A DNA stretch of 64,000 bases from Chamaesiphon sp. (GTDB lineage Bacteria; Cyanobacteriota; Cyanobacteriia; Cyanobacteriales; Chamaesiphonaceae): NCBI GenBank assembly GCA_965246715.1, contig CBDFFH010000005.1:288001-352000 (forward strand), read 5' to 3'. The notes beneath the pieces are model-generated. The model was not told the DNA's origin. It ran no database searches and saw only the letters and a program-made list of their open reading frames with translations. Position numbers and translations under genes: made by a program. Below are positions 20,430-30,642 of the stretch, one piece after another; position 1 is the first letter of the stretch; every line of letters begins with the position of its first letter.

Positions 20430-20643
20430 CGAGTGCAACCGATTGGCTATTTGAGCGTCAGCCCGATGCTCAACCTTGGACGATTCGGATTGGTTACAGT
20501 GCAGTCTATCATTTTGGCTCCAGGAGTCTGAAAAAGAATTAATGATTTATGGAGTTGTGAATTTTCGTCATGAATTAACGCTTCCCCTTGTAGTTAGAAA
20601 CTCGAATGGGCAACGGGAGTTTTTTAATACCATGATTGACACT
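20430..20643 (+). pseudogene. Remnants of a small gene pair: ...PDAQPWTIRIG* followed by the start of a clan AA aspartic-protease-like ORF (MIYGVVN...IDT)
   Basis: Second ORF starts at ATG 20542 and loses similarity at the DT(G) motif. Confidence 0.5.
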
Positions 20644-20742
20644 ATCGTCAAAATTGAAGCACTGTGGTTGTGTTCGGAAGCGATCGAGAAAGTGCGATCT
20701 AACAGGGTTTTGATCGTCATCTGATTTCCAGGTAATATCCCG

Positions 20743-20901
20743 ATTTGGGGTGATATCCAGAAAGTTTCCGTATATCATCCTAAATTAGCGTGATATACGG
20801 AAAGTCTTTGCAGGACATAAGGCTTTTAGAGAAAATTTTTCCGTCTATCACCCCATTTGGGGTTATTATACAGAAAGTTTCCGTCTAATAAATAGTTGGG
20901 C
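20743..20901 (+). other. attI-like site with direct repeats ending in core GTTGGGC
   Basis: ATTTGGGGT..AT..CAGAAAGTTTCCGT repeated at 20743 and 20855; core at 20895-20901 complements R'' GCCCAAC of the downstream attC. Confidence 0.6.
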
Positions 20902-21097
20902 GAACGGACTGATGAAATTAAGTCTGCAAAATCATACTCAGCAGATCAACTCTAGAAGTTTCTATTCATGCTTCCCACTAGTCTGGGTAGGTTATGAACC
21001 AGATAATTCCTAAGAAACAACATATGTTAGAGTCATAATTGCTTTTCTATGCGTGAAGTAGTATTTATGTTCTAATTTATGAGGAGACAAATGGACG

Positions 21098-22252
21098 ATG
21101 CCCAAATTTTCGCTGAATATCGTTCCGGCTCATGGAGAAAAGGGTAAGCTCGAAAGCCGTTTAAATATAAATGGTCAAGTTTCTGAGGATATGGTGGCTT
21201 TTAGTCTCTGTGGAACTGAAAGTAAAAAGTTTAGCCTAGTTAGCAAAGGGTGGGGTGGCACCAATTCACAGCAATTGCTTGCCGATATTCCACTAGAACA
21301 ACTGAGTGAGCTATTTTGCTCCATTCTCATTGATATAGATCCCAAGATAGGAGATATCTTTGGGAAAATTCAGCTTGTCTTTGAGCCTTGTAAAGATAAT
21401 CTTCCTACAGGTGCAGTGTTCTGGCCATCAATACAGTTTAAAGACTGGGCAGGGCCGTTCAGCTTGCCTGTACTCTCAGACGAAATTCGTGTCAGGATTG
21501 AGGCGGGAGGTGTGGAGCCTCTGAGCTTTTGCTCAAAAGAGCCTGATACAAACGTAACAAACTTTGGGATCGCAGTTCCATTTAAGGAAGAAATAACAAC
21601 TCTCCGAGAACTTATTGAGTTCTATCGTCCGATGGTTGCAAAGCTACTGGAAGAGTGTGTACGTTCTGTCCTCGCAGAAATGAACAGGGATTCACTGGTC
21701 ACATTTTTTGAATTTCCTCAAACTGTGAGAACCGCATGTCAACAATATCTTCTGTACTTTGTGCAATTTCTTTCTGATCTGGGCATTGATGCTGATGCTG
21801 AAATTAAGGAAGATGCACAGCGTATTCTCTTTAGCGTTACGCCAAGAGATGATGGCGAAGCCTTGGAGCGCATTCAAGAAGCGCTCCAAGCATTCCTAAG
21901 CATTCCTGGTTCGAGCGCGTTTAATGACTATGCAGCGACAACTCTTGATATCGCAGGCCAGCAACTAGCCGCAAATGTCATGCACCTTCAATCGCAACTT
22001 GTACTTGCTCGTGCAATTGATCAGGCAAAAAGTGCAACAATTGAGACTTTGCAATTAGCCAATTTTCAATACCGACAAATGATGCTAGTTCAAGCACCAG
22101 ATGCCCTTCCATCAATTCCTAAAACTGTCAGTGGAACTTCTGAAAGAGAAGAGTTGATAGAGGGAGTTATTGCAATAACACCCCTGAAAGGAAACGGCTT
22201 TGAGATTAATCTCCCAAATATTCTCCGCTTGCTTAAAAGGCGCTTTCGTTGA
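21098..22252 (+). CDS. Hypothetical protein carried on an integron-type cassette
   Basis: 384-aa ORF with GAGGAG RBS, no HIP1 site seen, bounded by core site and attC. Confidence 0.8.
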   Translation: MPKFSLNIVPAHGEKGKLESRLNINGQVSEDMVAFSLCGTESKKFSLVSKGWGGTNSQQLLADIPLEQLSELFCSILIDIDPKIGDIFGKIQLVFEPCKDNLPTGAVFWPSIQFKDWAGPFSLPVLSDEIRVRIEAGGVEPLSFCSKEPDTNVTNFGIAVPFKEEITTLRELIEFYRPMVAKLLEECVRSVLAEMNRDSLVTFFEFPQTVRTACQQYLLYFVQFLSDLGIDADAEIKEDAQRILFSVTPRDDGEALERIQEALQAFLSIPGSSAFNDYAATTLDIAGQQLAANVMHLQSQLVLARAIDQAKSATIETLQLANFQYRQMMLVQAPDALPSIPKTVSGTSEREELIEGVIAITPLKGNGFEINLPNILRLLKRRFR

Positions 22253-22341
22253 TACTCTGATAACCCTACCTGATTTACCTTTAAAACATGAGCTACGATT
22301 CCAGCTTTTCTCACTCATGATCTTCATTGTCAATGGCAGCA

Positions 22342-22426
22342 GCCCAACAATTCAAATGCAGCGGACAGTTGAGAGCTGCTGGTACTGAGTTTAAGGTTTT
22401 ACCGCCGCTGATTTGAGGCGTTATGC
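22342..22426 (+). other. attC site (59-base element)
   Basis: R'' GCCCAAC; L'' TCAAATgCAGCGGaC pairs with L' GCCGCTGATTTGA leaving two extrahelical bases; R' GTTATGC. Confidence 0.82.
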
Positions 22427-22603
22427 GACTTAGACTATCGATCGATACAAATATTTGAAAATTGCCTGTCAGATATTAATAGTTAGACTTTTTAAGATTG
22501 TCGATCAGTCAGAGCTTTGGTGTCGATCGCATCCATCGTAACTAATGGTGGTAACGATAGAGAAACGGCGATCGCTCAACTACTAGATAAATTATGTTTA
22601 ACT

Positions 22604-23137
22604 TTAGAGTTCGGTGGAATGTCCACTGCCTGGGAATTCATCGGCATGAGAAAGGTCGTACTCAGCCGATCGCGCTCTGCGTTGACTCATTTTCTTGGCA
22701 TACCGATCGTAAGCAATACAGATCCACACCAGTGTCATAAAAAAAATGTTTTTATTAAAACTTTCCGCCGCATTGGGAAACAGGCTCCCAGCAGGGACGA
22801 CACCAAAGGCGAGAATGATACTAAAAGTCATCAGGATGAGTAGCAATCCCGTCCACTCGATCCAGAAATTGAACGCGAATAAGGCTCCTAACACAATTTC
22901 TGCTAATGGTAATAGCCAGCCGTAAGGCACGGCAATAAGCGCAGGCAACGGGCCAATTCCCTGCCAGCCAGCGGGGAATGGCCCCCACAATTGCAATTTT
23001 TGAGTTAGTACGGTTTGATAGAAGCCATCTTTAATACTAAAGTTGAGGTAGTTGGCAATCCCAGAGCAAAAGAAAAACAGTCCGAGTACGACACGATTGA
23101 CAGTGACAGCGGTATGAAGATTGTAGATAGATTTCAT
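22604..23137 (-). CDS. DoxX-like membrane protein
   Basis: RVVLGLFFFCSG...LPLAEIVLG, 4 hydrophobic segments. Confidence 0.7.
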   Translation of the reverse strand: MKSIYNLHTAVTVNRVVLGLFFFCSGIANYLNFSIKDGFYQTVLTQKLQLWGPFPAGWQGIGPLPALIAVPYGWLLPLAEIVLGALFAFNFWIEWTGLLLILMTFSIILAFGVVPAGSLFPNAAESFNKNIFFMTLVWICIAYDRYAKKMSQRRARSAEYDLSHADEFPGSGHSTEL

Positions 23138-23238
23138 AGCAAGATCCTCGTAGAAGAATTTTGGATTGTGGATTAAATAAGGGTGGTAGCTTTGCGTTTA
23201 GACTGAATAAAATCTAGATGCAATAGAAATTGAGATCG

Positions 23239-24660
23239 CTACTTTTTGGGTGCCATCCGATCGAGTAAAGTCGGCATCCCTGTCGAATTCATCTGTTGTT
23301 GAAACTGTGTCGGTTGGGCGGCACGCCAGATCAGTGGCGTGGCGATGAGGACTCCTGCGGCAATGGTTGCCATCCCTGAGAGCCAAGGCGTGCGACCCAA
23401 TCTGTGGGAGTGAAAAGGTTGATGCTGTTGAAAGATTTCGTCAGTCAGCCAATCGGCAGTAACTTTGACGTTACGCCAGATGGTGGGTAGTAATTCGAGA
23501 TAGGTAGCCGTGCGAACTAGATGTCCTGGTTGACCTTTGATAGGGAATTTATCGAACAGGTTGGCAACCCCTTCATTTAGCCCCAATTTCATTAAGGTGC
23601 CCCGTAGATGCACTGTAGCTGTTACCAGGGGTTTGTCCTCCACGATTGCTTGTAAATTGTAGGCGATCGCTTTACCTTGTTGATACGCAACTTGGGCGGT
23701 AGGCGGCTGCGGATCGTCACTATTAGTAGCGCAATCTCCAGCGGCAAATACTTCTGGAAAATCGGGCAATTGCAACGTCGGGATGACGAATAATCGCCCC
23801 TTGAGATCGCGATATTCTGGTTTACTAATTGGTAACTCCATCAATAACGGATGGGGTGAGGTTCCCGCTGTCCAGGCAATCGTGCCAGCTTTGATGGAGT
23901 AGGTGCGCTCGCCCCGTTTGAACTCTACTGCATCAGGATGAATGGCGGCAACTGCGGCATCGAATAGCAATTGAACACCCCGCTGTTTGAGCGCACGGTA
24001 GGCATTAGGGCGCAATTTACTATTGATATCGCCTTTGAGCAGTTCGCCGCTGCGGTTGATGAGCACTACTCTTATTTCATCGACATCGCCGCCGAGATCT
24101 TCGTACCACAGGGGCAACAAATCGCCCAAGGTGCAGGCTAATTCGATCCCCGCAGGCCCCGCGCCAATAATTGCGACTGTCAGTAACGCACACCGTTCCT
24201 GGGGGTCTGGAGTCATGACTGCTTGTCGTAATTGGGCTTGTAACCTTTCGCGTAAAGCGATCGCCTCTGCACCAGATGTCAGCGGCAGTGCGTACTCCGC
24301 CGCACCAGGGGTATCCAGATAAGTTACCTTACTACCCAATGCCAGCACCAAGCGATCGTAAGCATAATCTCGTCCAGAAGCGAGTGCCACCCGCTGGCGG
24401 TGCAAATCGATCGATTTTACAGTGTCTTGCACGAAACTAACGCCCGATTCGGCGAGCAAGTCGGCATAGCGCGGATGAACTTGGCGAGCGTGAAGTTCGC
24501 CGCTGAGTAGTTCGTAGAGGAGTGGCTTGAAACTAAATCGATCTTGTCGATCGATTAGGACGATCGGTTGTTGGTAGTTTTGGCGGCTCAGATGCAAGGC
24601 TGTAAATAGCCCGACAAAACCGCCGCCTAAGATCAGAGTTGGATTGGATTTCTGATTCAT
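23239..24660 (-). CDS. Type II NADH dehydrogenase-like FAD oxidoreductase
   Basis: GGGFVG, GAGPAGIE, WTAG, FAAGD, AQVAYQQG. Confidence 0.9.
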   Translation of the reverse strand: MNQKSNPTLILGGGFVGLFTALHLSRQNYQQPIVLIDRQDRFSFKPLLYELLSGELHARQVHPRYADLLAESGVSFVQDTVKSIDLHRQRVALASGRDYAYDRLVLALGSKVTYLDTPGAAEYALPLTSGAEAIALRERLQAQLRQAVMTPDPQERCALLTVAIIGAGPAGIELACTLGDLLPLWYEDLGGDVDEIRVVLINRSGELLKGDINSKLRPNAYRALKQRGVQLLFDAAVAAIHPDAVEFKRGERTYSIKAGTIAWTAGTSPHPLLMELPISKPEYRDLKGRLFVIPTLQLPDFPEVFAAGDCATNSDDPQPPTAQVAYQQGKAIAYNLQAIVEDKPLVTATVHLRGTLMKLGLNEGVANLFDKFPIKGQPGHLVRTATYLELLPTIWRNVKVTADWLTDEIFQQHQPFHSHRLGRTPWLSGMATIAAGVLIATPLIWRAAQPTQFQQQMNSTGMPTLLDRMAPKK

Positions 24661-24769
24661 AATTTGAGCAGAGGTACAATACCATTTGAATCTGCTGTTA
24701 GTATGACTTGAAAATCCAGGCGATGAATGATTTTGAGCTAAACATTGGCTGAGAAATTCGACCGATTAC

Positions 24770-24808
24770 ACTCATAAACTATTCAGCAATTTCTCATGAG
24801 AAACTCAG
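24770..24808. promoter_or_regulatory. 11-bp-phased box array
   Basis: actcat 24770, attcag 24781, tctcat 24792, actcag 24803. Confidence 0.68.
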
Positions 24809-24977
24809 GCTAGGAGTTTACCATTAATAATCGTAAAAATATTTTGATAAATTAAACAACCCTAGAAATATGGCTTGCAGCTATGAAATTTTACTTGTCC
24901 AAGCATAATACCTCATTCGATCGATATATTTTTCCGACATCAATTATTTACCAACTATTTATTGACTAAAATAAATT

Positions 24978-25442
24978 GTGAGCAAGAATATAATTTTCAA
25001 TCTATTCCGATGGCTGACGATCGGGATTATCATTATTAATTTAATAGCTTATATGGATCTAGCTGAAAGTAGAAATATTTCGTCGCCACAAGAGATTCGC
25101 GCGATCGTCGAGCGAGCTAAAAATGCCTGGGTAGCACGCGATGCCGATGCTCTGGCGCAGTTATTTACACCGGATGCCCAGCTCATCGTCCCCGGTCAAC
25201 GATGGCAGGGACAGGCTAAAATTCGGGAAGAAGTTGCTAAGTTTTCGCGACTGTATACCGATGTCCAAATTACCATCCACCGCACGATCGTCGATGGCAA
25301 TCACGCGGCAGTAGAATGGCATTATGAGGATACCGAAAAAGCTACGGGGAAACGTAGCCAAGCCGATGATGCGATCGTCATTGAGGTCAAAAACGGTCGG
25401 ATTAGTTATTGGCGAGAGTATTTCGATACCAGTGGTAAATAA
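24978..25442 (+). CDS. NTF2/SnoaL-like (SgcJ/EcaC) protein with N-terminal hydrophobic segment
   Basis: DADALAQLF..DA, AAVEW, YWREYFD. Confidence 0.8.
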   Translation: MSKNIIFNLFRWLTIGIIIINLIAYMDLAESRNISSPQEIRAIVERAKNAWVARDADALAQLFTPDAQLIVPGQRWQGQAKIREEVAKFSRLYTDVQITIHRTIVDGNHAAVEWHYEDTEKATGKRSQADDAIVIEVKNGRISYWREYFDTSGK

Positions 25443-25501
25443 GCGAGCGTTTAGAAAGTTATGCTAGTAGTGTAAGTATTCCTAAATGCACGTTTTAGAG
25501 A

Positions 25502-26020
25502 TTAGGCAGCGATAAATTTCATCGCTACTCCGTTCATACAATATCGCAGTCCAGTGGGTTTCGGGCCATCCTCAAATACATGTCCTAAGTGCCCCCCACA
25601 GCGACGACAATGGACTTCAGTTCGAGTCGCACCGAAGGATGTGTCTACGGAAGTTTTAACTGCATTAGCGATCGGTGCATAGAAACTCGGCCAGCCAGTA
25701 CCGCTCTCAAACTTGGTTTCGGAAACAAACAGCGGCAAGTTACAGCCAGCACAGGCAAATTTACCCGTGCGATGTTCTTGAGTCAGTGAGCTAGTGCCAG
25801 CCCGTTCTGTACCCTCTTTTCGGAGTACCTCGAATTGAGCTGGAGTCAGGATCTTACGCCACTGAGCTTCAGTTTTAGTAACCTCGAATTTACCTAATGT
25901 TTTTGCGTTGGCATAGCCTCTCTGAAATAAAATCGATTCAGATCTTCTGGATGAAAAAAATAGCGTGCTAGCAGCACTAAGTGGTACGAGAGAAGCAAAT
26001 AATAAAGTTCGTCTGTTCAT
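25502..26020 (-). CDS. msrB: Peptide-methionine (R)-S-oxide reductase with twin-arginine-like leader
   Basis: MNRRTLL; GTER, CAGC, GWPSF, CRRCGGHLGHVF, RYCMN. Confidence 0.96.
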   Translation of the reverse strand: MNRRTLLFASLVPLSAASTLFFSSRRSESILFQRGYANAKTLGKFEVTKTEAQWRKILTPAQFEVLRKEGTERAGTSSLTQEHRTGKFACAGCNLPLFVSETKFESGTGWPSFYAPIANAVKTSVDTSFGATRTEVHCRRCGGHLGHVFEDGPKPTGLRYCMNGVAMKFIAA

Positions 26021-26075
26021 TTTTTAATTAGTTAGTTTAGATATCTCTACAATCGGCAGAAGCTAAATTAAAGCT

Positions 26076-26834
26076 CTAACCTTTTTTAATCAGCGTGGGG
26101 AATTGTTGACGGAGTTGGGCTAGTTTTGGCAGATCGAACCTGACGATATAGAATTGAGTAGGATTACGCTCGATAAAATTTTGATGATAATCTTCAGCCG
26201 CATAAAACTCAGCTAAGGGTACTATTTGGGTCGCAATTGGTTCTCTGAAAATGCGAGCTTTGTTCAGCCGATCGATATAATCTTTGGCTACTTGCTGCTG
26301 TTCGGAGCTGGTAAAAAATATTGCCGATCGATACTGGGTACCGCTATCTGGCTCCTGGCGATTTACCTGCGTGGGATCGTGAGCGATGAGAAAGTAAATC
26401 TTCAATAACTGTCCGTAGGAAATTTGAGTAGGATCGTAAGTAATTTTAACCGCCTCTGCATGACCTGTCGTACCAGTGCTGACGAGATCGTAGTTAGCAG
26501 TTACCGCAGTGCCACCAGAGTAACCAGAGACAACATTAGAAACACCTTTAAGATGTTCAAATACTGCTTCTACACCCCAAAAACAGCCGCCAGCGAGGAC
26601 GATCGTTTGTTCTCCTTTGACTTTAGCGGCGGGAATATCAACTGGCGGATCGATTTTCATGCCTGCTAAAGATACTGGAGCCGATTCAGCAGTAGGACTA
26701 GAGAAAATCGTGTGCGACATAATGCCAAAGGCAACTGCGATTAGTGACACGATCGAGAGGCTAAATACGAATCTATAGTTATGTGACATCATAGGCGAAG
26801 TGGTAAGTTTAGACGGGGTAAATTTAGCTTTCAT
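26076..26834 (-). CDS. msrA: Peptide-methionine (S)-S-oxide reductase with N-terminal signal/TM
   Basis: GGCFWG, GHAE, HDPTQ, QYRSAIF, AEDYHQ. Confidence 0.96.
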   Translation of the reverse strand: MKAKFTPSKLTTSPMMSHNYRFVFSLSIVSLIAVAFGIMSHTIFSSPTAESAPVSLAGMKIDPPVDIPAAKVKGEQTIVLAGGCFWGVEAVFEHLKGVSNVVSGYSGGTAVTANYDLVSTGTTGHAEAVKITYDPTQISYGQLLKIYFLIAHDPTQVNRQEPDSGTQYRSAIFFTSSEQQQVAKDYIDRLNKARIFREPIATQIVPLAEFYAAEDYHQNFIERNPTQFYIVRFDLPKLAQLRQQFPTLIKKG

Positions 26835-27041
26835 TTGCGATTTTCCTAATATTTGGATGGCTCTATTATTTTCTAGAGGACAGTAGAAATCTGCTCTAAA
26901 CCCATAACAACCGATCGATTAGATCTACGAGCAGAACGTTCGATCGGATTCATTTATGTAGCGATTTATGGTCAGATAAATACTGTGAAGCTGACAACAT
27001 TAGCTTAGGAATTTAATTATCTCCGCTCGCACTAGAATTTA

Positions 27042-27113
27042 TCTGAGAAAAGACCGAGAACATTCTAAGTTTTTTCTGAGAGTTTTCTTATGGCATTCTC
27101 AGCAATTTCTCAG
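27042..27113. promoter_or_regulatory. 11-bp-phased CTNAG box array upstream of msrA-msrB
   Basis: tctgag 27042, accgag 27053, tctaag 27064, tctgag 27075, tcttat 27086, tctcag 27097, tctcag 27108. Confidence 0.75.
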
Positions 27114-27283
27114 ATTGTGTCGGTCTAACCTCTGGGCACAAGATTGTCAACAAGCGAGCGAGTTGTGGTTGCTGAGACCATCGCCAGAGTCAAATCGACA
27201 CGACTATAAGTAATCCATTGCACAGCACTAACTTTAAATAAACGATATAGTTCGAGCGGTCTATTATTGCCAATTACTGTGAT

Positions 27284-28020
27284 GTGATGTCTAATAATTT
27301 GTCCGCACCCACTCCTCAACAGGCTGCATTAGCGGCAATTTTGCCCACTATTCCTCTGCTTTCTAGCAAACTAGCTGGGTGGGAAGGGGTTTCACTGGAA
27401 TATTTTCGTTATCCGCCGTTTCAGACACCAGAATATTCTTATCCAGAACATAAAATTGCGATCCATACCCAGATTCCGCCAGAGTTACTAGTCGAGCGGC
27501 GATTAGATGGCAAGTTTCAAACCGATCGAGTATTGGAAAATCAGGCGATCGTCGTGCCAGCTCATGTTACTCATCAAATCGAGTGGAATCGAGAGTCAGA
27601 ATTTTTGATTATTAGCCTCGATCCTCAACTATTGAGTCAGATTGCCGATGAAACTATCGATCCAGATCGGGTGGATTTAGTGCCCAGTTTACCCAAACCC
27701 GATCCGCTGATTCATCAGATCGGGCTGACGCTTAAGCAGGAACTAACTGAAAATGGGGGCAGCGATCGCCTGTACGTTCAATCCCTCGTCAACTGTCTGT
27801 CCTTACATCTGCTCAAAAAGTACTCGACATTGACACGATCCCTCTTCCCCACCACCGATCGATCCTCACCGGATCGCCTCAAGCTGGTGCTGGAGTATAT
27901 CCATGACAACTTGGCGCAAAATCTCTCTCTGACGGATTTGGCGGCGATCGCTAATCTGAGTATCTCTCGCTTTTATCGGGTCTTTCGTCAGGGAACGGGT
28001 GTATCGCCCCATCAATATTT
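27284..28020 (+). pseudogene. AraC family regulator truncated by IS1
   Basis: First HTH (LTDLAAIANLS...FRQGTGVSPHQY) runs into the IS end; second HTH missing. Confidence 0.88.
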
Positions 28021-28847
28021 GGCGTTGCTGGATTAGGATATGATCTAAGGCGATCGAGAGAAGTAACAAGAGCAAATATCTAAATGGAATGTCCTGAATG
28101 TAGATCGTCCAATATCAATAAAAATGGGCGAATAAAGGGAAAGCAGAACCATATTTGTAAAGACTGCGGACGGCAATTTATAGATTGTTATGAAGCACAC
28201 AGAGGATATTCACCACAAATCAAGCAGAAATGTTTGTCAATGTATGTTAATGGGATGGGATTTCGAGCAATAGAAAGAGTAATGGGTGTGCATAATACAA
28301 CTGTCATGGATTGGGTGAAGCAAGTAGGGGCAAATCTCCCAGATTACTATAATTCAGACCAAATACCAGAAGTTGGTGAGTTGGATGAGTTAGAGACGTT
28401 TGTTGGCTCAAAAAAAACAAGATCTGGCTCTGGACGGCAGTAAATCACTTTCAGATGGGTATTTTAGGATGGGTATTAGGCGACCACAGTGCTAAGACAT
28501 TTAGACCGCTATGGGAGAATTTGGTAAGTACATGGAAATGTTATTTTTATGTGACGGATGGGTGGAGGGTCTATCCAATATTTATTCCAGATGGTGACCA
28601 AATCGTGAGTAAAACTTATATGACAAGAGTTGAGGGTGAAAACACTAGGCTCAGACATTACTTAGCTCGATTAAAAAGAAAAACATTATGTTATTCTAAG
28701 TGCGAACAAATGCTAAAGCATTCTATTAGATTGTTAATTCATTATCTTAAATTTGGTGAAGTACCAACTCCTAATTCAGTTAGTTCTGGCGATCGACGGC
28801 ACAGATTACCTCTCGATCGCCAAATCATATCTTAATCCAGCAACGCC
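28021..28847 (+). mobile_element. IS1-family insertion sequence (InsA 28084-28443; InsB via -1 frameshift at A8C, 28410-28418)
   Basis: 24-bp terminal IRs GGCGTTGCTGGATTAGGATATGAT / ATCATATCTTAATCCAGCAACGCC; CPEC..CKDC zinc ribbon; DELETF, TDGW; no target duplication. Confidence 0.93.
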
Positions 28848-28848
28848 C

Positions 28849-30138
28849 ATTTTTCTTCCTGGCGGTCATGGCCCGATGTTCGATCTGCCAGATAATCTCG
28901 ATTTGCAACGTCTGCTCCGGGAATTTTACGAAGCTGGCAAGATCGTTAGTGCCGTCTGTCATGGCCCAGCCGGACTCGTAGGTGCCACTTTAACTGACGG
29001 CACCCCTTTGGTGAAAGGTAAAATTCTCACCGCCTATACCTACGCCGAAGAAGTTGCTGCTAAACTCGATCGCGATGTCCCCTTTATCCTGGAGCATCGG
29101 TTGCGGGAACTAGGCGCACAATTTATCGCTGGTGCCAATAAAGCGAACCACGTCGAACGCGATGGACAACTAATTACCGGACAAAACCCCAACTCTAGTA
29201 CCAGCATTGCCCGTGCGATCGTCGCTACTTTAACTAATCGCCTACCACCGATCTTTGAAACTACCCCAATCGCGATCGTCCCGTCCCAAATAATTGCCAA
29301 ATTTCCGGTGAATACCTTCCTGGAAAATATTGCCACCGATCCTTACGGAAATCTGTTTGTTACTGACTACGAAGCCGGAAAAATTTACTGCGTCACCACA
29401 ACTGGAGACATCACTGAGATTGCCGATGTCGATGGTAATGCTGCTGGAATTGTCGTTGACGATCGCGGCGATCTCCTCGTCGCTGGGGCAACAAAAGCGA
29501 AAATCGCCACTGTTTTTCGGATTCATACCGATGGCACCGTCGAGCCAATTATTACTATCCCAGAGGCGATCTTCCTCAATGGGATGACTCCCTTAGCTCC
29601 CAACCGTTATCTGATTGCCGATTCGTATCTAGGCGCGATTTGGGAGATCGATCCCGTCGCGAAAACTGCCCAGATTTGGCTCCAACACGAACGCCTAGCC
29701 CGCTCCAATCCCCAGCATCCCTTTCCCGCAGTCAATGGCTTAAAAATCTATGACAACACGGTGTATGCCTCAAATACGCAGCGACAGCATTTGGTTCGGA
29801 TTCCAATTAATCCCGATCTTACCGCCGGATCGCCGGAATTATGGCTGACAAATGTTAATCTCGATGACTTTGCCTTTGATGTAACGGGCAATCTCTATGC
29901 CACAACTCATGTTTATGACAGTGTGGTGCGAATTGCTCCCGACGGATCGATCGCGACGATTGCGACCGCCGCCGAGGGGATGGTAGGGACTACCGCACTA
30001 GCCTTCGGGCGCACCGAGGGCGATCGCACGGAGATATTTGTAGTTACTAATGGGGGCATGTCTCTACCGCCAGCCACCGGAGTAGAACCAGCCAAAGTCG
30101 TGCGTCTAACCGTCGGCAGCGAAGGAGTTCTTAAATAA
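28849..30138 (+). pseudogene. 5'-truncated DJ-1/PfpI + SMP-30/gluconolactonase beta-propeller fusion
   Basis: IFLPGGHGPMFDL, AVCHGP, ITGQNP, then FLENIA/FLNGM/NGLK/DDFAFD propeller motifs; begins at the IS1 end. Confidence 0.8.
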
Positions 30139-30139
30139 G

Positions 30140-30457
30140 ATGCGGTATGCAATTCAATGTATTTTGGCAGATAATACCGATGAAAAACGGGTCGCTTTGA
30201 GATCGGCACATCTTCGCTATATCGATGCTCACAAAGAGGAGATCTTCTGTGGTGGCCCAACTGTCACCGCAGACGGTCAGCCTGAGATGATGTTGATTAT
30301 TCTCACTGCCCCAGATCTGCGATCGGCACAAGCTTTTATTGATGCCGAACCCTACCATCAAGCGGGAATATTTGCACGAGTCACGATTCGCTTGTGGCAA
30401 CAAGTATTACCAGAGTCTCAACCAGGAGAGCTATTGAAAAAGATCGGTAGTCGGTGA
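30140..30457 (+). CDS. YciI-family protein
   Basis: LRSAHLRY, GGP, EPYHQAGIF. Confidence 0.85.
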   Translation: MRYAIQCILADNTDEKRVALRSAHLRYIDAHKEEIFCGGPTVTADGQPEMMLIILTAPDLRSAQAFIDAEPYHQAGIFARVTIRLWQQVLPESQPGELLKKIGSR

Positions 30458-30642
30458 GCAATTGGGGAGATCTGCGATCGCTTGGAGCGAGCTGAAACTA
30501 ATCTTTAGTTGCCAAATCCGATCGACATGATTTAGCTAAAGTTCGAGTCAACTCTGAAGCGAGCGGGAACTATCGGAGGAAGAAATCGAGCGATCGCTCG
30601 ATTTCTCGCCATAATTACCAATGAAGATCGTCCGGCTTCAGG

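Noticed and set aside
20743..20901. Repeat block as a CRISPR array or plasmid iterons
   Set aside because: Irregular spacing, mixed orientation, no cas or rep gene
22517..22590. Fragment resembling an HD-domain helix after the attC
   Set aside because: Too short; no second attC to support another cassette
28753..28848. ORF-track N-terminus of the 461-aa ORF
   Set aside because: Lies inside the IS1 right end; not part of the original gene
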